Positions 26,154 through 34,748 of a DNA stretch of 36,344 bases are shown piece after piece. The stretch is from positions 1 to 36,344 of the IMG/VR virus record IMGVR_UViG_3300037424_001819; one strand, given 5' to 3'. The translations under genes were made by a program, and so were the position numbers. Under the pieces are notes generated by a model, which saw nothing but the letters and a program-made list of their open reading frames with translations, made no database searches and was not told where the DNA came from. Each line of letters opens with the position of its first letter. The first letter of the stretch is position 1. Source of the stretch: a virus. Lineage: Duplodnaviria > Caudoviricetes.

Positions 26154-26749
26154 CGCAGCAACCGGCCGTACTCGGGGTCGATGGCGTCGGCCGAGGTAAA
26201 GGCGGTCGCCTCACCGCGCTGCACAAGAAAGAAGATCACCGCCCGGTACCCTTCGGAGCAAGCCCGCATCAGCTCGCGCAGGTGTTTCTGGCCGCGGACG
26301 GTGACGGCATCGGGAAAGCAGGCGACGCCGGCGCCAGAAGTGAGAGTGACATTCTTCACCTCGACCAGCGCCCTCTCCCCGGCGCGCTCCAGCAGGAAGT
26401 CGATACGGCTGTCGTGGTAGCGGGACTCTGGGATAATGCGGCAGCCGGAAAGCTCCGCGATCGCGCCGTTTCTCAGCCCCTCCTCCACCACCCGGTTGGT
26501 GCGGTGGGTGTGGGTGTCGACCCAGTTCCCGTTCACCTCAATCAGCTCCAGAGTATAGCCGAGCTTACGCGCCGGGTTGCCGGCAACGGAGACGAGCACG
26601 CGATGGCCAGGGACGGCGCACTGCAGCATACTGCCGGTATTGGGGGTATGGGCGGTAACGAGGCGGCCGTCGGCCAGCTCCACATCGGCGAGAAAACGCT
26701 TGTAGCGGCGCAACAGACGCCCTTCCAACAGCGGGGAGGGGAGTCTCAT
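26154..26749 (-). pseudogene. sfsA: Host sugar fermentation stimulation protein A, 3'-truncated by phage end
   Basis: RYKRFLADV, HTPNTGSM, SRIDFLL, VEVKNVT, FPDAVTVRGQKHLREL, IDPEYGRLLR, then unrelated tail read from phage DNA. Confidence 0.88.
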
Positions 26750-26870
26750 CCAGCAATCTCCTCGATCAGCTGCGCATTGTGCGTCCTGGCGACATAAACC
26801 GTGCGGAGGTCCATGAAAACTCTCCTGCGTAAAAGTGCCGGCATTCTACCCACAATCCCATCGGCCCGCA

Positions 26871-26909
26871 AGCCCGCCAACACAGCCCGCCAACACAGCC
26901 CGCCAACAC
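26871..26909. repeat. Tandem repeat 3 x 13 bp
   Basis: AGCCCGCCAACAC x3. Confidence 0.85.
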
Positions 26910-27179
26910 GGGTCATCGCAATGGGACTTCTGGCGCCCCGACCGTGGCAACTTTTTCAGCAAGGAAGATCGCCCATCACCCCCGAGCAGGCAGTCGAGGA
27001 CATCTTCCCCCGTATTGATACACCGGGGGATATCGTCGTCCAGAGTCTCCCCCGCCGATGCAGCACCCGACGATCAACGCTCCCCAGAGAATAGCACTCC
27101 CGGCAACGGCAGGAATCGCATTGATGACACAGCCGGGACCGGGGCGCGTTTCCCCCAGCCATGGTCTCCCCAAAACCCA

Positions 27180-27208
27180 TTGACATCCCGGCCGATATAC
27201 GTTAAATA
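27180..27208 (+). promoter_or_regulatory. Sigma70-like promoter of the tRNA
   Basis: TTGACA then 16-17 nt then TTAAAT/TAAATA. Confidence 0.5.
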
Positions 27209-27228
27209 CATGAACCTCATAGTCATTC

Positions 27229-27259
27229 GCCACCCTAGCTCAGCTGGTAGAGCAACTGA
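27229..27259 (+). tRNA. 5' half of a tRNA (probably Thr), interrupted at an att site
   Basis: GCCACCC-TA-GCTC-AGCTGGTA-GAGC-A-ACTGA; no matching anticodon loop, T-arm or acceptor 3' strand follows. Confidence 0.7.
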
Positions 27260-27274
27260 GCATTAACCGTAACG

Positions 27275-27314
27275 AATAGGCCGCAGGCTAAATGCCCGCG
27301 GCCTATTGCTTTTT
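27275..27314. terminator. Hairpin/terminator between tRNA fragment and integrase
   Basis: AATAGGCCGCAGGC-TAAAT-GCCCGCGGCCTATT then GCTTTTT; contains integrase stop. Confidence 0.55.
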
Positions 27315-28778
27315 CGACTTGGGGCCGGGCTTTTGCGGGGGCGGCAGGTGGATGCGGCTGGTGCAGGTGTGGTCATCGCGGAGGGGGAAGCGGTAGGTGA
27401 TGAGCAGGTAGGTGGCGAAGGCTTGTATTTGCTCGATGGCGAGGGCGAGGACTTCGCGCTGTTCGGGTTCGGTGAGCGCGGTCCAGTCGCCCTCGGTGAG
27501 GGCGAGGGCGTCCCAGTCGGGAGAGCTGGCGAGATCGCGGCGGAGGTCGGCCTGCCTGGCGAGGTTTTCGGCGAGAGCGCGATCGATGCCGGTGCTCTGG
27601 GCGCGGGCGTCGGCGAAGTCGATGATGCCGTCGGCGATGGCGGCCACCAGGCGCTGCTTTTTCTGGCGCAGGGTGCGCTCCTGCTGCTGCAGCTCGGCCA
27701 GCGTGGCGGCCGGATCAAGCTGCGCCTGTCTCGCTTTCCAGTGCCGCTGCAGCTCGTCCGTGCGGCCGAGGGTGCCGAGCAGGTTGGTGACGACGCGCTC
27801 GTCGATGAGCGGCTGCTGGATCATGCGGCTCTGCGGGCAGGTTCTGCCCTCCTTGGCGGTGCAGCCGTAGTATTGTTGCCGGCTGCCATCGCCTCTGGCC
27901 CGGCCGCCCTGCCAGGCGCGGATCGAGCCGCCGCAGTAGCCGCAGACGAAGAGGCCCAGGTTGGTCAGCAGGCTGGCGTGATGTTTGCGCTGGTAGCCGC
28001 TGACCTTGCTGATGCGCCCGGCGCGGATGCGGTCGGCCTGGTCGGCATCGAGCACGGCGGGCCACTGGCCGGGGATCGTCTCGCCGGTCGCCGGGTCGAT
28101 GCGCAGGCCCTGATAAAACAGCAATCGGTCGTCGGCGATGGCGCGGCGCACGGCGATGTGCGCAAGGCCCGTGCGGTCGGCGACCTGCCGGGCGCTCAGG
28201 CTTTCTGCGAGCTGCAGCAGGCGGCGGAAGGCGCCGAGTTGCTCGGGGTCGATGACCAGGTTGCCCTGGCCGCGATCGTAGCGGTAGGGGATGGGCGGGT
28301 TGCCTGATAAATATTTGCCGGCGCGGAAGGCCTGCGCCCTGCCCTCCTTCATGCGGGCCTGCAGCACGCGCATCTCGACGCTGGAGAAGCCGCCCTCCAT
28401 CAGCAGCAGCATCCAGTCGGAGTGCTGGGCGGGGTCGAGGATGCGGGAGGGAGTGGCGAGCTTGACGCGGCGCTCGCTGCAGAGGTGCAGCCAGGCGACG
28501 TAATCCTGCAGCGAGTCGTCGCGGCTGAGACGGGAGAGCTCGATGCAGAGGATGACGTCTATGCGTCCGGCGCGGATGTCGGCTTCGAGGCGGCCGCGCT
28601 CGCGCAGATCCTCGGCCTTGCCCCGGGCGGCGCTGGCGTGGCCGTCGTCATAAATTAATGGCTCCCAGCCCTGCGCCCGGGCGTGGGCGGGGAGCTGCTC
28701 GCGCTGGACGGTGAGGCGGTGGGAGGGTTTGCCCGCCTCTTCGCGGGATTTGCGGATGTAGATGGCGCAGCGGGTCAT
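27303..28778 (-). CDS. Large serine recombinase (integrase)
   Basis: AIYIRKS catalytic Ser, ELSRLSRD, recombinase domain, CGYCG...YYGC zinc ribbon, coiled coil; start set at MTRCAIY. Confidence 0.93.
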   Translation of the reverse strand: MTRCAIYIRKSREEAGKPSHRLTVQREQLPAHARAQGWEPLIYDDGHASAARGKAEDLRERGRLEADIRAGRIDVILCIELSRLSRDDSLQDYVAWLHLCSERRVKLATPSRILDPAQHSDWMLLLMEGGFSSVEMRVLQARMKEGRAQAFRAGKYLSGNPPIPYRYDRGQGNLVIDPEQLGAFRRLLQLAESLSARQVADRTGLAHIAVRRAIADDRLLFYQGLRIDPATGETIPGQWPAVLDADQADRIRAGRISKVSGYQRKHHASLLTNLGLFVCGYCGGSIRAWQGGRARGDGSRQQYYGCTAKEGRTCPQSRMIQQPLIDERVVTNLLGTLGRTDELQRHWKARQAQLDPAATLAELQQQERTLRQKKQRLVAAIADGIIDFADARAQSTGIDRALAENLARQADLRRDLASSPDWDALALTEGDWTALTEPEQREVLALAIEQIQAFATYLLITYRFPLRDDHTCTSRIHLPPPQKPGPKSKKQ

Positions 28779-28797
28779 AGGGGTGCCGGCGAAGGGT

Positions 28798-29112
28798 CTA
28801 GTTGCGGACGTAGGCCCTTTCGAGTGGGTATTGGGTGCGGCCGAATTCCACCCACACCGTTTGCGGTTTTTTGTCCAGCCTGATTTTTTCAGCGCCGCCA
28901 GCGCATACTGTTTCCCCTCTGGCACTGACCGCACAAATATTGTTGGTCCAGACGTTCATGATGCCGAACTTCGATGTGTTCTGCAGGGTAAGCCGGGCTT
29001 CGTTGTGTCCCCTGGCCGAGCGGAAAAACTCGGTATTGGTGACGCGGACATCGGCGGCAATTGCGGACAGAGGCAATGCTGCAAGAGCTACGAAAAGAAC
29101 TAGTTTCATCAT
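28798..29112 (-). CDS. Secreted hypothetical protein
   Basis: Signal peptide MKLVLFVALAALPLSAIA; RBS AAGGAG. Confidence 0.7.
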   Translation of the reverse strand: MMKLVLFVALAALPLSAIAADVRVTNTEFFRSARGHNEARLTLQNTSKFGIMNVWTNNICAVSARGETVCAGGAEKIRLDKKPQTVWVEFGRTQYPLERAYVRN

Positions 29113-29123
29113 CCCTTTCCTCC

Positions 29124-30173
29124 TTATTCAGCCGCAGCAAAAGATAGTTCCTGGGCGTGCTGCTCGCTCACGAACGCGAAATCCTCTTCGCTCATGCTTT
29201 GCGAGTCGTAATACTCCAGGGCATCAGGATCGGCGACATAATCGACCCGGCCATGATGTTTCTCAACTATATTCCGGATGCGGGCCAGCTCCACGCTGAA
29301 GAACTCTTTGCGCAGATTGACCTTGTTGACCCGGTGCTGGTGCAATTGGTTGTGAAGAGCATTTTCGAGGGCCGGGGCATCGTCGCAGGAAATCATCATG
29401 TGGACATCGAAGGGGAACGGTACGGAGGCGTCGCCCAGTTCCTTGACCCGGTCCATCGGCTCCAGCCGGCGAGTCATGCCGACCTTGAACACGTCCTTGC
29501 CGAAAGACCCGATGTTGCTGATCACGTACACGTGGCCGGCCTTGGTCAATTCAGCCATGGATTTCGCACGCTGCAGCTTTGCCTCGGCTTCGGTCAGCAT
29601 CGTCCTTAAACGCTCAACCTCAACGTCGTGGTCGTCTTTGGCCCGCTTCAGTGCCACATTCAGCGCCTGCTCTATGGCGAGACGTTCATTTTCGATCCGC
29701 TTCAACTCTTGCTCTCTCTCTCGCTCAAGCCGCTGTTCCTCACGGATCTGCTCCTTGATCCTGGCCTGCTCCTGCCGAGCCAAATCCTTACGGACGATCT
29801 CCTGATATTCGGCTTTCAGTCGCTCGGCGACACTGGCCTTTTCTTCGTTGGGTATCTTGGTGCCGTTCTTTTCGATGAAAGAGATCAGCCCATCGGCATT
29901 CTTGTGAGACGTTGCAAAGTTGCTGGCCGTGAGTTTGGAAAGAATGAACTTGATGCCGTCGGAAAAGTATTTTTTGGAGACTTTTTCAAGATTGGATTGA
30001 CAGGTCTTTAAGGATTGGTCAAGGGTCTTTCCTACAGACTCTACTGTCTTGATTTTTTCCATGGCGGCTTTGTACCCTTTTTCGAACATCTCCTTTTCCT
30101 TTGCAAGGTTCGCATGCTCCTTGCCAAGACCGATGAGAATAACGATCAATGCGCCAATGATCAAATAAGACAT
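29124..30173 (-). CDS. Membrane-anchored coiled-coil protein with T5orf172/GIY-YIG-like domain (DUF4041-type)
   Basis: GHVYVISNIGSFG...KVGMTRRLEPMDRVKELGDASVPFPFDVH...RKEFF. Confidence 0.88.
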   Translation of the reverse strand: MSYLIIGALIVILIGLGKEHANLAKEKEMFEKGYKAAMEKIKTVESVGKTLDQSLKTCQSNLEKVSKKYFSDGIKFILSKLTASNFATSHKNADGLISFIEKNGTKIPNEEKASVAERLKAEYQEIVRKDLARQEQARIKEQIREEQRLEREREQELKRIENERLAIEQALNVALKRAKDDHDVEVERLRTMLTEAEAKLQRAKSMAELTKAGHVYVISNIGSFGKDVFKVGMTRRLEPMDRVKELGDASVPFPFDVHMMISCDDAPALENALHNQLHQHRVNKVNLRKEFFSVELARIRNIVEKHHGRVDYVADPDALEYYDSQSMSEEDFAFVSEQHAQELSFAAAE

Positions 30174-30236
30174 TCTTCCCTCCCGCTGGTTAAATTAACC
30201 GCCACCCCAACCGCCGCATCTCAAGCCGCAGCTCTC

Positions 30237-30632
30237 TTATTGTGAGTTTTTGCCGCCGCCTCCGCCTGCCCTCAATCGCTCGGCTGATCTCTCGACCATC
30301 TCCATCGCCGCCTGTTGTATCTCGCCGCTGGCGCTTGGCCATGCCTCGATCAGCCTGGCCAGCCGGGAGTCCCCCATGCTTGCGGAATAACCCTCGAAGC
30401 TCTCGCTGGCCTGTTCTTTCGCCGGGGACATCGCCCCTTCGCCAGTGCGAAGCCAATCGATTGCACACCCAAGGATATCTGCCGCTTTGTATAACTTCCC
30501 CTCTGGGACTCCACGAGACTTCCACGACCCGAGGGTGCTTTGGCTTTCCGATAACCGCTCCGCAAGCTCCGAATACTTCGAAACTTTTGCAGCTATCATC
30601 ATCCGCTCGATTTGTTCTTCAGGCAGACTCAT
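30237..30632 (-). CDS. Phage repressor (CI-like HTH)
   Basis: SELAERL...STLGSWKSRG...IDWLRTGEG; divergent from Cro-like gene. Confidence 0.85.
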   Translation of the reverse strand: MSLPEEQIERMMIAAKVSKYSELAERLSESQSTLGSWKSRGVPEGKLYKAADILGCAIDWLRTGEGAMSPAKEQASESFEGYSASMGDSRLARLIEAWPSASGEIQQAAMEMVERSAERLRAGGGGGKNSQ

Positions 30633-30640
30633 AAAAAATC

Positions 30641-30691
30641 TTCGCGTTTGCGTTTTTTAGTCTTGACCAATTCGCATTTGCGTATTAGTCT
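30641..30691. promoter_or_regulatory. Two operator-like repeats and rightward promoter
   Basis: TTCGCRTTTGCGT at 30641 and 30671; TTGACC-17 nt-TAGTCT (30663-30691) spans the second. Confidence 0.65.
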
Positions 30692-30726
30692 ATACACAAC
30701 CCGAACCGAGGATATAGACCAATATC

Positions 30727-30957
30727 ATGAACAATCAAGCCTCTCAAGCAAAAACCTACGACTGGAGCCAGTTCGACGCCCGGATGGCGGCGCGCGGCGA
30801 ATCGATCTACGGCTGGGCCAAGCGGCACGGGTTCAACCGCAAGACGGTCTACGCGCTGAGACACAACCGCATCACCTGGGGCATCGGCCCGAAGGTGCAG
30901 GCGATCATCGATGCGGCGCTGGCCGATGGGCTGGTCGCCGAAGTAGCGAACGGATAA
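30727..30957 (+). CDS. Cro/Ner-like DNA-binding protein
   Basis: RGESIYGWAKRHGFNRKTVY HTH; first gene of early operon. Confidence 0.75.
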   Translation: MNNQASQAKTYDWSQFDARMAARGESIYGWAKRHGFNRKTVYALRHNRITWGIGPKVQAIIDAALADGLVAEVANG

Positions 30958-31010
30958 AAATTTTTACCCGAAAGTGCACCGGCAATCACAGACAACAGAT
31001 GTCCCGGTGA

Positions 31011-31445
31011 TTGCCGGTGCAGGAGAAAGCAGCGATGGCCCAGGGCAGCCTCCCCTTTGCGACGACAATACAGGAGATCAGCGACGCCGAAATCATGCGG
31101 CGTTGCAAGTCTCAGCGGGATGCTCTGCGGGTCTGCGTCGAACTCTCTGGATTGGCCCCGAAGGATGTGGCGTATCAATTGGAAATCGACCCGGCGCACT
31201 TCTCCCGCATGATTTCGGGCGGCGAGGATCGGCGACATTTCCCGCCCGACCTGGGCGACAAGCTGATGGATATCTGCGGCAACGAGGTGCCATTGCGTTA
31301 TGCCGCCCTCTCCAGAGGCTACGGATTGCACAAGCTGAAGTCCCGCCTGGAAGAGGAAAACGAGGCACTGCAGCGCCAACTGGACGAGCAGCAGGTGAAG
31401 CTGAGGGCAATCACGGAGTTTCTCAAGGAAGTGAAGGGGGTCTAG
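31011..31445 (+). CDS. CII-like HTH regulator
   Basis: KDVAYQLEIDPAHFSRMI...LMDICGNEVPL; C-terminal coiled coil. Confidence 0.65.
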   Translation: MPVQEKAAMAQGSLPFATTIQEISDAEIMRRCKSQRDALRVCVELSGLAPKDVAYQLEIDPAHFSRMISGGEDRRHFPPDLGDKLMDICGNEVPLRYAALSRGYGLHKLKSRLEEENEALQRQLDEQQVKLRAITEFLKEVKGV

Positions 31446-31448
31446 ACC

Positions 31449-31682
31449 ATGGCAACCGACCGGCTGGAAAAAGTTGCGACGGAGCTGCTGAACGCTCTCA
31501 CCCCCTGCGCCGACGCGACGGAGATGAACGGCCCGGCGTTCCTGATGCTGGCGCAAGAGGTGGAAAAGATGGGCGTGCCGGTCCTCGACCTGACGCTGGC
31601 CGAGATGGCGGTCCTCGTGGAGCATGCGCGGCAGCGCTACAACCGGATGGAGGAGCGCCTGCGCTCCGGGGTGGAGGCCTGA
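31449..31682 (+). CDS. Hypothetical protein
   Basis: Tightly packed in early operon. Confidence 0.55.
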   Translation: MATDRLEKVATELLNALTPCADATEMNGPAFLMLAQEVEKMGVPVLDLTLAEMAVLVEHARQRYNRMEERLRSGVEA

Positions 31683-31683
31683 G

Positions 31684-31836
31684 ATGGCCGAGCAGACCGA
31701 ACCCATCCAACCCGAATGGCTCACCCCGCAGCAGTGGGTTTCCGTCGATCGGCTGTTCAGCCGGCTGGAGGAAATCAAGAAGGATCTGACCAAGCGCCGG
31801 GCAACGGCGCAGGAGGCGAACGATGGCAACTCTTGA
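31684..31836 (+). CDS. Hypothetical protein
   Basis: GGAGG RBS; MAEQTEPIQPEWL. Confidence 0.5.
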   Translation: MAEQTEPIQPEWLTPQQWVSVDRLFSRLEEIKKDLTKRRATAQEANDGNS

Positions 31837-31993
31837 GCGGATCAGGGAGACGGTGAAGATTCAGGGGATCACCCTGGAGGCGGTGGCGAAGAACGCCGAG
31901 ACGGTGGAGGAGCTGCGCCGCGGCGTGCGCGACGTGCTTTCGCAACTGGAGGCGGCGCTCTACCCGCTGGAGCAGAAAGGGGGCCGGTCATGA
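31823..31993 (+). CDS. Hypothetical protein
   Basis: AGGAGG RBS; MATLERIRETV; ATGA overlap with next gene. Confidence 0.55.
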   Translation: MATLERIRETVKIQGITLEAVAKNAETVEELRRGVRDVLSQLEAALYPLEQKGGRS

Positions 31994-32136
31994 CGCTCAA
32001 GTGCATCGCCTGCGGCCAGCCGGCCAAGCCCGGCTATCATCACTGCCCGGCCTGCCTGGATGGGCTCACGCTGCAGCTGATCGCCGCCCGCGGCGGCGTG
32101 CGTGTCGTGCCCTTCACGGTCGAAGGGGCGCGCTGA
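31990..32136 (+). CDS. Small zinc-finger protein
   Basis: CIACGQ...HCPAC. Confidence 0.55.
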   Translation: MTLKCIACGQPAKPGYHHCPACLDGLTLQLIAARGGVRVVPFTVEGAR

Positions 32137-32288
32137 GAGTAGGCCCGCAAGGGCCGGCCCGGCGGGAGGGTGCCCCCCTCCACCACCCTCCCGCCGGGTG
32201 TTGCTTGTCTGAGGGGGGATTATGGGCGCAACCCGGCCCAGTTACCCGTTTATCACGGGTTTTGATGATGTCAAGGAGGCAGGGTGAA

Positions 32289-32609
32289 ATGACGCGGATT
32301 TGTGCGTGGTGTGACAAGGAGATGGGCGAGGCGGCGGGGCCGGCGCAGGAGGTGACGCACGGCATCTGCTGGCCGTGCATGTTCAAGCAGTCGCCGAGGG
32401 CGGCGCTGCGCTACGCGCTGAAGATCGCCGGGGAGAAAACGCAGGCTCTGCGCCTGGGGATGCTGCGCCGGCGGATTGCGCTTTTTCTTTATTGGCGGGA
32501 GGACCAGCCCGGTGTGTTGCTGCTGTTGTCGGTGGTGACGGCCGGGCTTTTTGTTTATGCGCTGCTGCTGGCCTGGTATCTGTTCGGCGGCTGGCCGTTC
32601 GGGAGGTGA
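32289..32609 (+). CDS. Zinc-finger plus TM hypothetical protein
   Basis: CAWC...THGICWPC; C-terminal hydrophobic helix. Confidence 0.6.
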   Translation: MTRICAWCDKEMGEAAGPAQEVTHGICWPCMFKQSPRAALRYALKIAGEKTQALRLGMLRRRIALFLYWREDQPGVLLLLSVVTAGLFVYALLLAWYLFGGWPFGR

Positions 32610-32613
32610 GGCG

Positions 32614-32760
32614 ATGCGTCTGGTGTGGGGTCTGCTGGGATTGGCGGCGGTGCTGATGCTGATGGGTCGGGCCGGGGAGAGCGACCGACGGGCGACCGAC
32701 GAGGCTCGTTACCGGGCGGCGCTGGCGCATTGCGACGCGGCGCGGATCAGCGAAGAATAG
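32614..32760 (+). CDS. Small membrane protein
   Basis: GGAGGTGAGG RBS; N-terminal hydrophobic helix. Confidence 0.5.
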   Translation: MRLVWGLLGLAAVLMLMGRAGESDRRATDEARYRAALAHCDAARISEE

Positions 32761-32864
32761 TTTCAGTTTCCCCGGGCAGGGGTCTGCAGCCCTGCCGGAA
32801 CGCCTCGCCGGCTGCCCGGGGAATCCTTTCAACCGAGGCGATCCACCCATGATGGAGGCGAATC

Positions 32865-33461
32865 ATGACCATGAAGTATCTCACCGAAACCGAAGAGAAG
32901 ATTTTGCGGCGCACCGTGAAGGAAATCAAGGGCCGGCGGGCGGAGCGCGACCGGGTGATCGTCGAGCTGCTGCTCGGCACCGGGCTGCGGGCGGCCGAGT
33001 TGGTGGGGCTGAACGTCGGCGACCTGCGCGGCAAGGAGAAGCTCTACGTGCGGCCGGAGATCGCCAAGGGGGGTAAGGGGCGCTTCGTGCCGGTGTCGGT
33101 CGACCTGCAGCGGCTGCTCAAGGGATTTTTCCGCGACAAGCTCGCCTGGGGCGAGAGCATTCGGGATGAGGCGCCGCTGTTCATGAGCCGCGAGAATAAC
33201 CGGCTGAGCAAGATCGCCCTGCAGAAGCTGGTCGCCCACTGGATGACCCGGGCGGGGCTGACGACGACCCTGGAGGGGCGGACGGTGGCGCTCTACGGCG
33301 TGCACAGCTGCAGGCACACCTTTGCCAAGCGGCTGCTGGAGCGCGGGGTGAAGTTGCCCACGGTGCAGAAGCTGCTCGGTCACGCCTCGCTCGCCTCGAC
33401 GGGGATCTACACGGAGGCCTCCTGGGAAGAGATGGTCGAGGCGGTGGAGGCCCGGGGATGA
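32865..33461 (+). CDS. Tyrosine recombinase, catalytic domain only (198 aa)
   Basis: TGLRAAEL, KGG, HSCRH, LGHAS, TGIY: complete R-K-H-R-H-Y set. Confidence 0.9.
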   Translation: MTMKYLTETEEKILRRTVKEIKGRRAERDRVIVELLLGTGLRAAELVGLNVGDLRGKEKLYVRPEIAKGGKGRFVPVSVDLQRLLKGFFRDKLAWGESIRDEAPLFMSRENNRLSKIALQKLVAHWMTRAGLTTTLEGRTVALYGVHSCRHTFAKRLLERGVKLPTVQKLLGHASLASTGIYTEASWEEMVEAVEARG

Positions 33462-33679
33462 GCACGCCGACGACGGATATCGGGGAGATCCTCGCCCGGG
33501 TGGAGGTCGGCATGGCCGGCAGTCGCGAGGCGGTGGTGATGAAGGAGTACATCGAGCACCTGACTTGGGGGCCGGTGATGATGGCCGGGAACAATGTGGT
33601 CGGCGAGAAGTGCCGGCACTGCGGGCTGCTGCGGCCGCACGGTCACACCGACTGGTGCCCGGCGCAGCGGGTGAAATAG
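33458..33679 (+). CDS. Hypothetical protein (CRHC...H...C)
   Basis: ATGA-coupled to recombinase. Confidence 0.55.
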   Translation: MSTPTTDIGEILARVEVGMAGSREAVVMKEYIEHLTWGPVMMAGNNVVGEKCRHCGLLRPHGHTDWCPAQRVK

Positions 33680-33693
33680 GAAGGAGCGAGGCG

Positions 33694-33870
33694 ATGAACT
33701 ATCCGAAGTTCAATGAAGGCGACAGGGTCAACCGCACCCGGCGGATGCTGCCGCGGACGGTTCAGGGCGTGGAGCGGGTGGCGGGGACGTACCGCTACTC
33801 TCTGCTGACCGAGGGCGGGGCCGTGGAGAAGGATGTCTTCGAGCGGGAACTGACGAGGTGCCACCGATGA
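33694..33870 (+). CDS. Small SH3/KOW-like hypothetical protein
   Basis: AAGGAG RBS; PKFNEGDRV. Confidence 0.5.
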   Translation: MNYPKFNEGDRVNRTRRMLPRTVQGVERVAGTYRYSLLTEGGAVEKDVFERELTRCHR

Positions 33871-34451
33871 GCGCGAGCGAGAAGCATTTCAACGCCGGCA
33901 ACGTCTTCGGCCGGGTGGTCGACGAGATCGAGCGCAAGACCAGCAACGGCGACAAGGAATTCATCTCCTTCCAGGTGAACGTGTCGGGCGGCAAGTGCGG
34001 GTCGGCCCGGGCCTACTGCCGGATGTGGGGCGCCGAGCGCTTCGAGCCGTTTCTGGCGGCGCTGCGCAAGAATCCCGATGTGAAGGTCTGGCTCAAGGGC
34101 TTCTTCGGCCAGTACTGGAACGAGCGCAACGAGGTGTTCAGCAACTTCACCTGTTTCGAGTGGCAGGAGCGCGACAGCGAGCCGCGGGCGGCCTTCATCC
34201 TCAAGGGGCTGGTCGAGGTGGCGCACCAGGTCAACAGCGGCCAGCGGTTGCTGCTGACGGTCAAGCGCGAGGGGCAGCAGGCGGAGAAGTTCGAGCTGTG
34301 GTGCCAGGCGGAGAAGCTGCTCGATGAGCCGGCGGCGGACAGCCTGGTGGAAGTCAAGGGGTACCTGCGGCAGGAGACGCCGGAAGACGAGTTCGGCGGC
34401 AGCACGGGGCCGGTGCGGGCGTATGTCGAGCAGCTGCGGATCCTGTCATGA
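33867..34451 (+). CDS. Putative tandem OB-fold ssDNA-binding protein
   Basis: NAGNVFGRV...CRMWG...VWLKG and second LKGLV...VEVKGYL repeat resembling SSB folds. Confidence 0.5.
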   Translation: MSASEKHFNAGNVFGRVVDEIERKTSNGDKEFISFQVNVSGGKCGSARAYCRMWGAERFEPFLAALRKNPDVKVWLKGFFGQYWNERNEVFSNFTCFEWQERDSEPRAAFILKGLVEVAHQVNSGQRLLLTVKREGQQAEKFELWCQAEKLLDEPAADSLVEVKGYLRQETPEDEFGGSTGPVRAYVEQLRILS

Positions 34452-34747
34452 CGGCGGCGGCGTGTTCGGTCTATTTTCACGGCAAGCTGGAGCAGGCCGA
34501 AAAGGTCTTCGCCGAGCGCTACGCGGCCACGGTCGGCCCGGCGCCGCAGCCGGCGCTGGCCTGGGCGGCGCAGGCGCAGCCGGAGCTGGCCCGGGCGTAC
34601 CGCGAGGCGCAGGCCAAGGCGGACGCTCTCTGGCTCAAAGGCGAGTGCAGCGAGGTCTTCAAGGGGGCGGTGATGGCGATGTTTCGGGCGCTGATCGAGA
34701 TCGGCCGGCTGTATGCGGCGGAGCTCGGCGGCAGGGAGGCGGCATAG
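34448..34747 (+). CDS. Hypothetical protein
   Basis: ATGA-coupled; ends REAA. Confidence 0.55.
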   Translation: MTAAACSVYFHGKLEQAEKVFAERYAATVGPAPQPALAWAAQAQPELARAYREAQAKADALWLKGECSEVFKGAVMAMFRALIEIGRLYAAELGGREAA

Positions 34748-34748
34748 T

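Noticed and set aside
26746-26814. 22-codon minus-strand ORF coupled to sfsA
   Set aside because: Has an RBS and ATGA overlap but is too short to support; may be a gene remnant
26871-26909. CRISPR array
   Set aside because: 13-bp units are directly adjacent with no spacers
27229-27305. Intact tRNA gene
   Set aside because: Anticodon stem, TTC loop and acceptor stem cannot be completed
28779-28934. N-terminal extension of the serine integrase given in the ORF track
   Set aside because: Overlaps the upstream secreted-protein gene; the catalytic domain starts at MTRCAIYIRKS
32865-33461. Calling the tyrosine recombinase IntI
   Set aside because: Too short, no N-terminal domain or recognisable IntI insertion, and no adjacent attI
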